From a virus: DNA of 64,000 nt. Below are positions 17,806 to 27,429 of this stretch, one piece after another. The translations under genes and the position numbers were made by a program. How positions within the stretch are numbered: position 1 is the first letter of the stretch; every line of letters starts with the position of its first letter. The stretch spans positions 60,608-124,607 of IMG/VR virus record IMGVR_UViG_3300030685_000017, one strand, 5' to 3'. The notes below the pieces were generated by a model, which saw only the letters and a program-made list of their open reading frames with translations, was not told where the DNA came from and did no database searches.

Positions 17806-18939
17806 GTGAATAGTTTGATTTATTTAGATAATGCGGCAACTACGCCAGTAAAATCAGAAGTATTAAGTGTAATTATGGATGTATTACAAAATAATTATGG
17901 AAATCCTAGTTCGGTATATCAATATGGATTAGATAGTAAAAGAATACTTGAAGATTCTCGTAAGAAAATAGCAGAACATCTTAATTGTTTTCCAGATGAA
18001 ATTATCTTTACTTCTGGATCTTGTGAATCAAATAGTTTGGCTTTACATATCTTATCCAAAGATCTAAATTGTGACAAAAGAATATTCATCAGTAAATTAG
18101 AACATAAATCAATTAATATGGCACTTGGAAGTAGTGATCATTATATTAATAATGACCATCAGGGTTTTATAGATATTGATATGATAGAACATATCTGTAA
18201 AAAATATAAAAATAACTCTACTTTTAATATCGCTTTTTCTATTCAATATGCAAACAATGAAATTGGTACTATACAGTATATGAATAGAATTAGTGAAATT
18301 ATTCACGATTATGGTTATATATTGCATACAGATGCAACACAGTTTATCGGTAATGATCATATAGATTTGCAACAATTAAATGTTGATTTATTAAGTCTAA
18401 GTGGTCAAAAAATTGGAACTCCAAAAGGGATAGGATTACTTTATATTAAACGAGGAATAAAAGCTACTCCTATTATTTTTGGATCTCAAGAAAGAGGATT
18501 ACGAGGAGGTACGGAAAATATTGCGTTTATAGCAGGATTTGCTAAAGCTTTTGATTTATTAGATTATAGTAATAATACAGAAGTTAGACTTAAACGTGAC
18601 TATTTATGGACTGAACTACATAGAGCAATACCAGAGACTTTTATAAATGGTTCTGCTTTAACACAAAATCGTTTAGTTAATAACTTAAATATATGTTTTC
18701 TAAATAAAAATGGTCAGAATATATTATATATGCTTGATAATTCTTTAAAATGCTGTGTTTCTATGGGAAGTGCTTGTAATAGTGGAGCAACAGAACCTAG
18801 TCAAGTATTACTTAATTTAGGATTACCAAAAGAAGAGGTTAATTCTTCTATTCGCTTTACATTAAGTAATAATAATAGTTATGAAGATATTAATAATGTA
18901 ACTAATTTTCTTAATATTATACAAAATAAATTAAAATAA
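17806..18939 (+). CDS. cysteine desulfurase (IscS/NifS family)
   Basis: YLDNAATTP, GNPSS, NNEIG, HTDATQ, SGQKI (PLP Lys), GSAC catalytic Cys. Confidence 0.9.
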   Translation: MNSLIYLDNAATTPVKSEVLSVIMDVLQNNYGNPSSVYQYGLDSKRILEDSRKKIAEHLNCFPDEIIFTSGSCESNSLALHILSKDLNCDKRIFISKLEHKSINMALGSSDHYINNDHQGFIDIDMIEHICKKYKNNSTFNIAFSIQYANNEIGTIQYMNRISEIIHDYGYILHTDATQFIGNDHIDLQQLNVDLLSLSGQKIGTPKGIGLLYIKRGIKATPIIFGSQERGLRGGTENIAFIAGFAKAFDLLDYSNNTEVRLKRDYLWTELHRAIPETFINGSALTQNRLVNNLNICFLNKNGQNILYMLDNSLKCCVSMGSACNSGATEPSQVLLNLGLPKEEVNSSIRFTLSNNNSYEDINNVTNFLNIIQNKLK

Positions 18940-18952
18940 AAGGAGATCATAT

Positions 18953-19153
18953 ATGAAAAAAGTAACAATTTCTACTAAACAAGAAACATTAACTTATACT
19001 CTAGGAGAACTTATGACTGTGGGAGCAGAGAGATTTAGAAAACCCATGGATAGAGCCACGTATGTAAAGAAAGATAAAATGTTTAAACGTCTAATGGCTA
19101 TTACTAAGCCTGTAGAATTACCGCAGAAAGATAAAAAGGAAGTGAAGGCATAA
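18953..19153 (+). CDS. small basic hypothetical protein
   Basis: ORF with SD AAGGAG. Confidence 0.6.
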   Translation: MKKVTISTKQETLTYTLGELMTVGAERFRKPMDRATYVKKDKMFKRLMAITKPVELPQKDKKEVKA

Positions 19154-19779
19154 TGAATAATAATAATATCTACAATACAAATGTGTTAGATAAAATTCAA
19201 TTATTAAATATGGCAAGAGATATTTCTCGTGTGGAAAAAAGAAAAGGGAATATATTATCTCAAAAAACTATAAAAGTAGCAGAAATAATATTCTGTGCAG
19301 ATGATGATTATCCTTTACATCCTTTTTATTATGCAATTTTAGATGATGATGATACATGCTATGTCATTGGAGATTTTGTATTAGTGAGTGGTATAAATTG
19401 TAATAGAATTGGAATTCTTAATAATATAATGATACGAGAAGATGCTAAAAAATTTTGGTCACATGATATTACAGAACAAGTTATTTGCAATTTATTTGAA
19501 AATTTAGAAAATTTTAAATATATATTAAATAATCTAACTCAATATTATAATCAAGAAAAAGATGATGATAAATTAAAATATGTTCATACTTTGTTAAATC
19601 ACAACTCGGTAAGAAGTAATAGTTCTTCTACTTTTTATACAACACTACCACATACACAACATTATAATATAACAATACCCGATATTATAGAACGTGATGT
19701 TGCGGTAGATGATGCGGAAGTACAAATAACTATACCACACGCAGAAATAGAAGTAGAAACCATTGTACATAATTTTTAA
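19153..19779 (+). CDS. hypothetical protein
   Basis: 208-aa ORF coupled by TAATG. Confidence 0.65.
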   Translation: MNNNNIYNTNVLDKIQLLNMARDISRVEKRKGNILSQKTIKVAEIIFCADDDYPLHPFYYAILDDDDTCYVIGDFVLVSGINCNRIGILNNIMIREDAKKFWSHDITEQVICNLFENLENFKYILNNLTQYYNQEKDDDKLKYVHTLLNHNSVRSNSSSTFYTTLPHTQHYNITIPDIIERDVAVDDAEVQITIPHAEIEVETIVHNF

Positions 19780-19785
19780 TTTATA

Positions 19786-19814
19786 TTGACATTAGTTATA
19801 AAATGTGTTATAAT
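19786..19814 (+). promoter_or_regulatory. consensus sigma-A promoter of the replication operon
   Basis: TTGACA-17-TATAAT with extended TG. Confidence 0.85.
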
Positions 19815-19864
19815 GAACTTACAAAAGAAGTAAGTACCACATAAAAATATTAAAGGAGAAAATA

Positions 19865-20758
19865 ATGAGTACAGAGTTAAAAACAAATTTAAAACCAGCG
19901 TTGGCGACAGTTAAGGTAAGTGGTGTTTTAAGTGAAAAACATTTTGAACACAAAGATAACGCAAAAACAGGTAAGCCAATGATTGAAGGTACTTGTACTG
20001 TAAAGGTAGATGATATTAATTTTATTCCTTTCAGATCATCTCAGCCTTCCACTACTGCCGCTGGAACGGCAAATCAGATTTATGCAGGGTTAAAAACAGT
20101 AGAAGAGACCTTTAAACCCATATCAGAAGTTGGGGAAGCGGATGCAGATAAATTAACTGTATCTGGTGACCTCAATATGTATACTCATAATGGGAAAGAT
20201 TTAATAGGATTTAAAGGTACATTCTATAATAGACCAAAATCTTTAGACAGTTTTAAACCAGAAGCTACTTTCGAAGTAGAAACGTATATTAGATCTATTG
20301 CTTCAGAAGTAGATAAGGACGGCATTGAATCAGGAAATGTACTTGTCCGTGGTTGGGTTCCACAGTACGATGGAAGTGTACAACCTATTACACTTATTGC
20401 TCCACAAGAAGATGATATTGCTTCTGCTATTCAACAGGTATATAAAGCTGGAGATACAGCGAGATTTTTTGGAACAATTATTAATTCTAAAGCGGAGTAT
20501 GATAAGAATATTCCGGTTGCTGTTGGAAAACCAAGAGTACAGCATATTGTAGAATATAAAAATGCATTGATTATTGCTTCTGGTTCTGCTCCTTATGGAT
20601 CTTCTGATGATTATGAAAATCATGTCCCTTATGATAAAGCAACAATTGATCTTGCTGTGAGTATCAGGGATGAAGGAAGTTCATTTTCTTCTGTACCAAG
20701 TACACCAACACAGGCAACTACTACAGCTAATACAACCGGTAGAAAACTTAATTTTTAA
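19865..20758 (+). CDS. probable OB-fold ssDNA-binding protein (position like SPbeta yorF)
   Basis: First gene of the replication block, beta-rich with low-complexity S/T tail; assignment mainly by synteny. Confidence 0.5.
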   Translation: MSTELKTNLKPALATVKVSGVLSEKHFEHKDNAKTGKPMIEGTCTVKVDDINFIPFRSSQPSTTAAGTANQIYAGLKTVEETFKPISEVGEADADKLTVSGDLNMYTHNGKDLIGFKGTFYNRPKSLDSFKPEATFEVETYIRSIASEVDKDGIESGNVLVRGWVPQYDGSVQPITLIAPQEDDIASAIQQVYKAGDTARFFGTIINSKAEYDKNIPVAVGKPRVQHIVEYKNALIIASGSAPYGSSDDYENHVPYDKATIDLAVSIRDEGSSFSSVPSTPTQATTTANTTGRKLNF

Positions 20759-20817
20759 TTATAAAATATAAATAGGCTAATGAAATAGTATGAAAATAAG
20801 CCACATATGGAGGAAAA

Positions 20818-21798
20818 ATGGCAGTAATTGATATTTTTAACCCACAGGTCACAGCAATTGCAAAAGGACTTGAAGGGAAAACTTTCTTCATTTATGGTTC
20901 TAACTCTGTTGGTAAAACATCACAAACGGTAAAAGCAAGTAAACCATTTGTTATTGCTACTGAGTCTGGACTCAATGCAACAGCAGGAGTTAGATATGAA
21001 AGAGTAAATACTTGGTCTGATTTTAAAAAGATTGTACAGCAGTTTACTAATAAAGCTACCGTAGAAAAAGCAAGAGAAATGTATGATACTATTATTATTG
21101 ATGAAGTTTATGCTTCTTCAATTCTATGTCAGAATTATGTACTTGCTGTATATGGTAATGGAGCTTTAACGTTAGGAGATGGTACTGGAAAAACTAACCT
21201 CTATCAAATCTATGAAAAAATTTTCTTCGATACGGTAAATTCTTTACTTTCTGCTAACTTCACAGTTATTTTTATTGGTCATGAGCAGAAGAAAGAGGGA
21301 GATAAAGTTCGTCCTTATGGTGATAAACGTTGTATTAATCCTATTGTTAATTTTGTTGACTATGTAATTTATGTAAAAAGTAATGGAGTTGATGCAGACG
21401 GAAAATTAATTCCATCTTCGGCTTATCTTGCAGAAACAGATGAATATTTTGCTAGAACAAGATTTGATACTACACCTACATTTATTAAAGAATTTACAAT
21501 GGATAATTTAGTTGAAGCAATTAATATTGGTGTAGAAGGAAAAGCAAGAGATACCGGAACCAGATTAATTACTTATGACGAGCAGAAAGCTAAAAACACT
21601 ACAACAGAAATAGATTTTGATACTTTAATGACTGCACTTGATGAAGTAGCATATAAATTTGTAGAAACTAATAGATCAGAAATTTTAACCGAAGTAACAG
21701 AAAAAGTATTAGGTACAGGTCATAAAGTACATGAATGCAATAAAAATCAAATTGAAGCATTACAAATTATATTCGATGAATTGACGCTTAGATTATAA
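20818..21798 (+). CDS. AAA_24/Sak4-like ATPase
   Basis: Walker A YGSNSVGKT, Walker B IIIDE, IFIGHE. Confidence 0.8.
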   Translation: MAVIDIFNPQVTAIAKGLEGKTFFIYGSNSVGKTSQTVKASKPFVIATESGLNATAGVRYERVNTWSDFKKIVQQFTNKATVEKAREMYDTIIIDEVYASSILCQNYVLAVYGNGALTLGDGTGKTNLYQIYEKIFFDTVNSLLSANFTVIFIGHEQKKEGDKVRPYGDKRCINPIVNFVDYVIYVKSNGVDADGKLIPSSAYLAETDEYFARTRFDTTPTFIKEFTMDNLVEAINIGVEGKARDTGTRLITYDEQKAKNTTTEIDFDTLMTALDEVAYKFVETNRSEILTEVTEKVLGTGHKVHECNKNQIEALQIIFDELTLRL

Positions 21799-21851
21799 AA
21801 ATAAATCTACTCTCTGTCTTGTAAGAGATAGAGAGTAGTAAAAGGAATTAT

Positions 21852-22451
21852 ATGTCTAAAATATATAAATGTTATTTATGTGGAAATCCTATTTTAGATG
21901 GAGAAGTTCAAGTATACAAAAATCGTCATGCACATATGAATTGTTTTAATACCAGTGTAAAAATGATGTCAGAAGAAGGTATTAAAAAGGCTAATATTGC
22001 CGAAGGAACGGAAAAAGCGAAAAGAACAAGAAGCTCTGTACAGAACGTTAAAAGTGAGTTTAAATCGCCTATTTCGGAAGAAGATGATAAGGCTAGGGTA
22101 ATATTCTTAGACTATCTACAAAAGCTCCTTTTAGTGCCTAAAGTACCCCCTAAGTCCCTTATACTGGCTTCAAAATACAGGGATAACGGATATACATGGA
22201 AAAATATGAAACTAGCAATTCAATGGTATATAGAGGTACAAAATCATACTATAAATCAAGAACAGAATATTGTTGCGTTAATTCCATATATATATGACGA
22301 TGCAAAGAAGTATTATGAAGATTTAGAATACATACAAACTATTAATAAAGGTATAGATACCAATAACTTTTATAAGGAGACAACTTATAAGTTTACCCCC
22401 AAAACAAGTACGAATACAAAAAAAATTGATATTAGTAAATTTACAGATTAA
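21852..22451 (+). CDS. zinc-finger replication-associated protein (possible helicase loader)
   Basis: CYLC...H..C; located between ATPase and helicase. Confidence 0.55.
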   Translation: MSKIYKCYLCGNPILDGEVQVYKNRHAHMNCFNTSVKMMSEEGIKKANIAEGTEKAKRTRSSVQNVKSEFKSPISEEDDKARVIFLDYLQKLLLVPKVPPKSLILASKYRDNGYTWKNMKLAIQWYIEVQNHTINQEQNIVALIPYIYDDAKKYYEDLEYIQTINKGIDTNNFYKETTYKFTPKTSTNTKKIDISKFTD

Positions 22452-22459
22452 GAGGGGAT

Positions 22460-24157
22460 ATGGAAAAAGATGAAGCGCTGATTTGTAGACACAGTATTTT
22501 TGGTGTCTTGGGTTGTTTAATAAATAACCCAGATTTATTAGATGATTTAGATCATCCGCTTAAAACAGACGACTTCAATTGTGATATGTTTTACCAAATA
22601 ATGTATTCTCTTATATATAATTTGCATTCTGATAATTGTAAGGATATCACTCCTATGGCATTAGAAGATGCATTATCAAATTATCCTGACCAACATAAGA
22701 TCTTTAATGATTATAATTGGCAAGAATGGTTTATTCAAGCTAAAACTTTTGCTCAAAATGAAACTAACAATTTCGATTATTATTATAAACGAGTACGTAA
22801 ATTTTCTATGTTAAGATATTTGCAGAAAAAAGGATATGATGTTACTAAAATTTATAATTTTAATTTAAAAGAGTCAAAAGCAATTGAAGAAGAAGAAACA
22901 AAATTTGATAAAATGTCTATGCAAGACATTGTAGATATAATAGAATCAGAACTTGTAACAATTCCGTCAATGGAATTTTGTGTAAACACATTAACAAAAG
23001 ATGTTAAAGCGGGGGATGGTTTAAATAATTTAATAGATGAATTAATGGAAGCCCCTAACGTGGGTGTACCATTACAATCTCCAGTTCTTACTACAGCATG
23101 TAGAGGAATGCGTCTTGGTTGCCTTTATATGAGATCTGGAACTACTGGTTCTGGTAAGAGTAGATTATCGGTGGGTGATGCTTGTAAAATTTCTGTACCT
23201 TATTTCTTTAATATTGAAAAAAATAAATGGGAGCATACAGGATTTGCAGAGCCAACTGTATATATTACTACAGAATTACCAGTAGATGAAATACAAACTA
23301 TCATAGTAGCTACCGTAAGTGGAGTAAATGAAGAACATATTTTATACGGTAAGTATGAAGAAGGAGAACTTGAAAGAGTTCATCAAGCAAATATTTATAT
23401 AGATGAAAGTCCTTTATTTATATCTCATATACCTGATTTTTCTATAGAGGATATTAAAAATATTGTAAAAAGATATAAACGTGAAATGCATGTAAATTAT
23501 TTTTTCTTTGATTATATTCAAACATCATTACGTTTAATGTCAGAAATAGGAACAAAATCTCGTATGTCTGGATTAAAAGAGCATCAACTTTTACTTGTAT
23601 TCGCTACAGAATTAAAGACAATCTGTCAACAATTAAATGTATTTATTATGACAGGAAGTCAGTTAAATGGAGAAGCTAATTTAGCACCTATAAAGGATCA
23701 AAATTTATTAGCCGGTAGTAAGGCACTTGCGAATAAACTTGATTTGGGATGTATAAATTCAAAGCCAACTAGTAATGAGCTAAAGAAAGTAGAGAGTATA
23801 TTACAAAAATCTTTTATGATAGGAAAACATACACCTAACTCTACAACGTGGATTTATAAAATAAGACGAGGTAAATTATGCTCTGTTATTATTTGGTCTT
23901 ATGTAGATTTAGGAACTATGAGAATACATGATTTATTTGTTACTAACAATGATTTTGTTTTACAAAACGTTGACTTAGCGAATGTAGAGCATGTAGAAAA
24001 AGTTATTGAGACTAATTCTATTGCAATGAAAGATGTACCTGATGTATCTTTGGAAACTTTAGAAGTACCTACGGTAGAAAAAGCAGAAGAATTGGTAGTA
24101 GATAAAATAAAAGAAGATGTACCGATTATTGTAGGAAATAGAATTACAAATTGGTAG
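22460..24157 (+). CDS. DnaB-like replicative helicase
   Basis: Walker A GTTGSGKSR, YITTE, FFDYIQ, SQLN. Confidence 0.85.
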   Translation: MEKDEALICRHSIFGVLGCLINNPDLLDDLDHPLKTDDFNCDMFYQIMYSLIYNLHSDNCKDITPMALEDALSNYPDQHKIFNDYNWQEWFIQAKTFAQNETNNFDYYYKRVRKFSMLRYLQKKGYDVTKIYNFNLKESKAIEEEETKFDKMSMQDIVDIIESELVTIPSMEFCVNTLTKDVKAGDGLNNLIDELMEAPNVGVPLQSPVLTTACRGMRLGCLYMRSGTTGSGKSRLSVGDACKISVPYFFNIEKNKWEHTGFAEPTVYITTELPVDEIQTIIVATVSGVNEEHILYGKYEEGELERVHQANIYIDESPLFISHIPDFSIEDIKNIVKRYKREMHVNYFFFDYIQTSLRLMSEIGTKSRMSGLKEHQLLLVFATELKTICQQLNVFIMTGSQLNGEANLAPIKDQNLLAGSKALANKLDLGCINSKPTSNELKKVESILQKSFMIGKHTPNSTTWIYKIRRGKLCSVIIWSYVDLGTMRIHDLFVTNNDFVLQNVDLANVEHVEKVIETNSIAMKDVPDVSLETLEVPTVEKAEELVVDKIKEDVPIIVGNRITNW

Positions 24158-24164
24158 GTGAGAT

Positions 24165-25343
24165 ATGGCTGACTTTGCATCAAATTATTTAGATAAAGAT
24201 GTTATTTTAGAAACTTTAATCGAACAAGATATTATTAATATTGTAAGAGATTTAGGCTCAGGTATGCCAAGAAGAGATAGTAAGGGTAATTTAGTTTTTC
24301 AAACTATATGCCACAATATTCCAAATACAAAGAATTCATGGAAATTATATTATTACTTTCCAGATAAAGAACATAAATATGGAAATTTCTTCTGCTATTC
24401 TAAATGCCATGATTCTTTTAATATTATAGAGTTATGTATACGAGCAAAAAGAACTCAAGGAGTAACTTTCACTTGGTATCAAGCTTTACATTATATTGCT
24501 CGATTAAGTAATAAATTAGATTGTAAGATTTCAAATTTACCAGAACAGAAACAATTAACTAATCCAGATTTTGAATGGATAAATAAGCTTAATAGTTTAT
24601 CTATAAAATCTATTACAATACCTGAATTTAAACCCTTAAATGAAGAATTACTAGAAATTTTTTGTTATGTTCCACATGAGACGTGGCTTAAAGACCACAT
24701 TAGTAGAGAAGCTATGAGTAGATATGAAATATCATATTATGGCTTAAATAATAGCATTATTATTCCACACAGAGACAGACATAACCAACTTATAGGTGTA
24801 CGTCAGAGATTTCTCGACGCAGAAGATGTAGAGACTCTTGGAAAATATATGCCATTACAATTAAATGGAAAATTTCTAGCACATTCTTTGGGTAACAATT
24901 TATATGGTATTAATGTAACACAAAACAAAATTAAGTCATGTAAGAAATGTCTCTTAGTTGAATCTGAAAAAGGTTGTATGCAAGTTTATTCTTATTTTGG
25001 AGAAGATGCTTTTGCGTTAGCAGTATGTGGAAGTCATTTAAGTCAAGTACAGATTAATTTGTTATTACAATATTTACAAGTCAGCGAAGTAATAATTGGA
25101 TTTGATAAAGAATATCACGATTTACATTCATATGAAGCAGAACTTTATTATAATAATTTATTAAAAATTATCGCTCCTCTTGTAAATATAGTAAAAGTAA
25201 CTATGTTAATTGATTCACATAATTTATTAAATTTTAAAGATTCTCCTACAGATCAAGGAAAAGAGATATTATTACAATTATTGGAAGAAAAGATAACTAT
25301 TACACCCGCAGAAGTACAACGAGTGATGGGAGAATTAACATGA
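24165..25343 (+). CDS. DNA primase
   Basis: Zn-binding CHN...CYSKC, IIIPHRD, TOPRIM VESEK...GFDKE. Confidence 0.85.
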   Translation: MADFASNYLDKDVILETLIEQDIINIVRDLGSGMPRRDSKGNLVFQTICHNIPNTKNSWKLYYYFPDKEHKYGNFFCYSKCHDSFNIIELCIRAKRTQGVTFTWYQALHYIARLSNKLDCKISNLPEQKQLTNPDFEWINKLNSLSIKSITIPEFKPLNEELLEIFCYVPHETWLKDHISREAMSRYEISYYGLNNSIIIPHRDRHNQLIGVRQRFLDAEDVETLGKYMPLQLNGKFLAHSLGNNLYGINVTQNKIKSCKKCLLVESEKGCMQVYSYFGEDAFALAVCGSHLSQVQINLLLQYLQVSEVIIGFDKEYHDLHSYEAELYYNNLLKIIAPLVNIVKVTMLIDSHNLLNFKDSPTDQGKEILLQLLEEKITITPAEVQRVMGELT

Positions 25344-25558
25344 AAGATAAATATTTAGATATACGTCAAGAGCAGAATTATGAATTTGTATTGATAGATG
25401 GAAATAAAGAAATTAAAGGTACTAAAATAGCTTCTTCTTTAGTAGAAGCTAGAGTAAGTGTATTGAATGGCGATTACGATACAATTATTGAAGAAAAAAT
25501 TTTAAACGCTAATACAAAAAAAAAGCGAATAAAAACTATTGTAGTAGTAGATTATTAA
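25340..25558 (+). CDS. hypothetical protein
   Basis: ATGA-coupled ORF. Confidence 0.6.
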   Translation: MKDKYLDIRQEQNYEFVLIDGNKEIKGTKIASSLVEARVSVLNGDYDTIIEEKILNANTKKKRIKTIVVVDY

Positions 25559-26539
25559 TTGGAATTATTATTTTCTAAAGTAAGACTTTACAATCGCCAA
25601 GAAGATTCAAAATTACCAACATTTTCTTATAGTAAAATAGATGTATATAAGAAGTGTCCTTTTCGATATAAATTGCTTTATATTGAAAATAGAAGAGATA
25701 TAATGAGAGACACTTTACCCACAGAAATGGGTACTCTATGTCACTATATCTTAGAATCAAAAGGAAAAAGTATATTAAATAATGAAACAATTAATACTGA
25801 TAATTTATTTAATACGCTAGAACAAGGATATATACCAGAAATTAATTTAAAAGATGGTAGTGTAAAAACTTCTGAAACTGTAAACGGACTAAAAATTCTA
25901 CGAGAGAAATATGGTGGAGAATATTATTTACCCGATAAAAATGGTTTAACTTATGATAATAAAATTTCTTTATTTAAAGAAGTTATTGTAAGTGAAATGG
26001 AAGATGATACATGGAAGCCATTGGCTTTAGAACAAAACTTTGATATCGTATATGATGAACGAATTCATTTACATGGTTTTATTGATCGTATAGATATTAA
26101 TGTAGAAACCGGTGAATTAAGAGTGCTAGATTATAAAACAAGTAAAACTGTATTTCCACAAACGGATTTACCAACTCCTTTACAACTTGGAATTTATGCT
26201 CTTGCATGTTATGCAATCTATAATAAAGTACCAATAAATTATATTTATCGTTTTATTTTAATTAATCAAACGCAATATGGTTTAACGAAAGGTTGGGAAA
26301 AAAGATTAGATAAAGCACTCACTAATGTATTAGATAAAATTGAAGAAAGTATGACTACAAATTTTTGGAAAACTTGCCCTACACCTTTATGTCATTGGTG
26401 TGAGTATAGTTCAACAAATCCCCAACAAGGTAAATATAGTAGTAATTGTTTAGACCATTCCGAATGGACACCTACAAATACACAACCAATTAAATCTGCG
26501 CCTGTAATAAATTCTGACAGAAAATTAATATTTTGGTAA
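25559..26539 (+). CDS. PD-(D/E)XK nuclease, AddB/Cas4-like with probable Fe-S cysteines
   Basis: SYS.....CP, GFIDRID, LDYKT, QL.IY, C..CxxC...C. Confidence 0.85.
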   Translation: MELLFSKVRLYNRQEDSKLPTFSYSKIDVYKKCPFRYKLLYIENRRDIMRDTLPTEMGTLCHYILESKGKSILNNETINTDNLFNTLEQGYIPEINLKDGSVKTSETVNGLKILREKYGGEYYLPDKNGLTYDNKISLFKEVIVSEMEDDTWKPLALEQNFDIVYDERIHLHGFIDRIDINVETGELRVLDYKTSKTVFPQTDLPTPLQLGIYALACYAIYNKVPINYIYRFILINQTQYGLTKGWEKRLDKALTNVLDKIEESMTTNFWKTCPTPLCHWCEYSSTNPQQGKYSSNCLDHSEWTPTNTQPIKSAPVINSDRKLIFW

Positions 26540-26545
26540 AAAGTG

Positions 26546-26574
26546 TTGACTTTATTGTAAAAGTATGTTAAAAT
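26546..26574 (+). promoter_or_regulatory. sigma-A promoter driving the ncRNA cluster
   Basis: TTGACT-17-TAAAAT with extended TG. Confidence 0.8.
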
Positions 26575-26604
26575 AAACTTACAAAAACAAAGAAGAAAAC
26601 ACGT

Positions 26605-26646
26605 AGCCACTAAGGTAAAGTATCGGTTCGAATCCGATAGTGGCTA
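26605..26646 (+). ncRNA. tRNA minihelix-like element (acceptor + T arm only)
   Basis: AGCCACT/AGTGGCT stem, ATCGG-TTCGAAT-CCGAT T-arm, 10-nt linker. Confidence 0.65.
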
Positions 26647-26692
26647 TCGAAGATCTATAATGATCTTCGTTATTCTACCTCCTTCCTTATAT

Positions 26693-26759
26693 AGTAGGAA
26701 TTATCGCAGACGATTTGTATATGTCGGTACAAGTTGGAGCAACACCATCAATTCCTATT
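26693..26759 (+). ncRNA. non-canonical cloverleaf-like element
   Basis: AGTAGGAATT/AATTCCTATT closing stem with three internal hairpins (ATCG/CGAT; TTGTA/TACAA; GTTGG-AGCAACA-CCATC). Confidence 0.45.
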
Positions 26760-26941
26760 CTTACGTAATAGTCAATGCAAGAATTGAATAATATCGCACT
26801 AAAAACCGTTTGTTTTGTAATTAACGATAATTTCTTCAAGCAAAATAAAAAGATAGGTTTTTATACCAAATTTATCGTTAATTACCATTTACTACAGACA
26901 TATTTCTGTTTATATATAATGTTATTATTACGTAAGAATAG
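26755..26941 (+). ncRNA. ~185-nt rod-shaped structured RNA candidate
   Basis: 17-bp outer stem 26755-26771/26925-26941 and 14-bp inner stem 26817-26830/26872-26885. Confidence 0.5.
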
Positions 26942-26973
26942 AAGTTGTTTTTATATAATCATAAGGAGGAAAA

Positions 26974-27150
26974 ATGGGAGTAATACATTTCTTGGTTCCT
27001 GATGACATTAAGTGCAATTATATAGATGCTTGTAGTAAGTATTCTTATTTTAAATGTATGCATTGTCGAAATAATAAAGTAGTTGTAGAACAATATATAG
27101 AAAAAAGGAAACGTAAAAAATATAATTATTTTTCAAACATAAAATTATAA
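26974..27150 (+). CDS. 58-aa Cys-rich basic protein
   Basis: SD AAGGAGG; MGVIHFLVPDDIKCNYIDACSKYSYFKCMHCRNNK... Confidence 0.6.
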   Translation: MGVIHFLVPDDIKCNYIDACSKYSYFKCMHCRNNKVVVEQYIEKRKRKKYNYFSNIKL

Positions 27151-27346
27151 TAGAATAAAAGGTTGATAGATCCACTAAACTATCGACGGTATAGCATATG
27201 CCATTAGACGAGGAAACTCATATGCTAGTTGTACTGGCAACTATAAAACTTTGTACATACTTTACGAAATAGTTGATTTCGCAAAAAAAGTGAAATGCTT
27301 TTCATTGGGTGGCAAGCACCTAAATAAACCAGTATCATAGTTAGGT

Positions 27347-27414
27347 GTCCAATTATTTCAACAGGCAAGATAATCACATGTGATTGGTTATAGGTTCGAA
27401 CCCTATATTGGACA
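27347..27414 (+). ncRNA. tRNA-like element lacking a 7-nt anticodon loop
   Basis: GTCCAAT/ATTGGAC acceptor, D-loop with GG, AATCA-CATG-TGATT arm, ATAGG-TTCGAAC-CCTAT T-arm. Confidence 0.65.
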
Positions 27415-27429
27415 TTAATTTTTTAAAGC

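Noticed and set aside
26775-27002. 75-aa ORF from the ORF track across the rod-shaped RNA
   Set aside because: No RBS, overlaps the better-supported ORF at 26974, and the region is explained by long inverted repeats.
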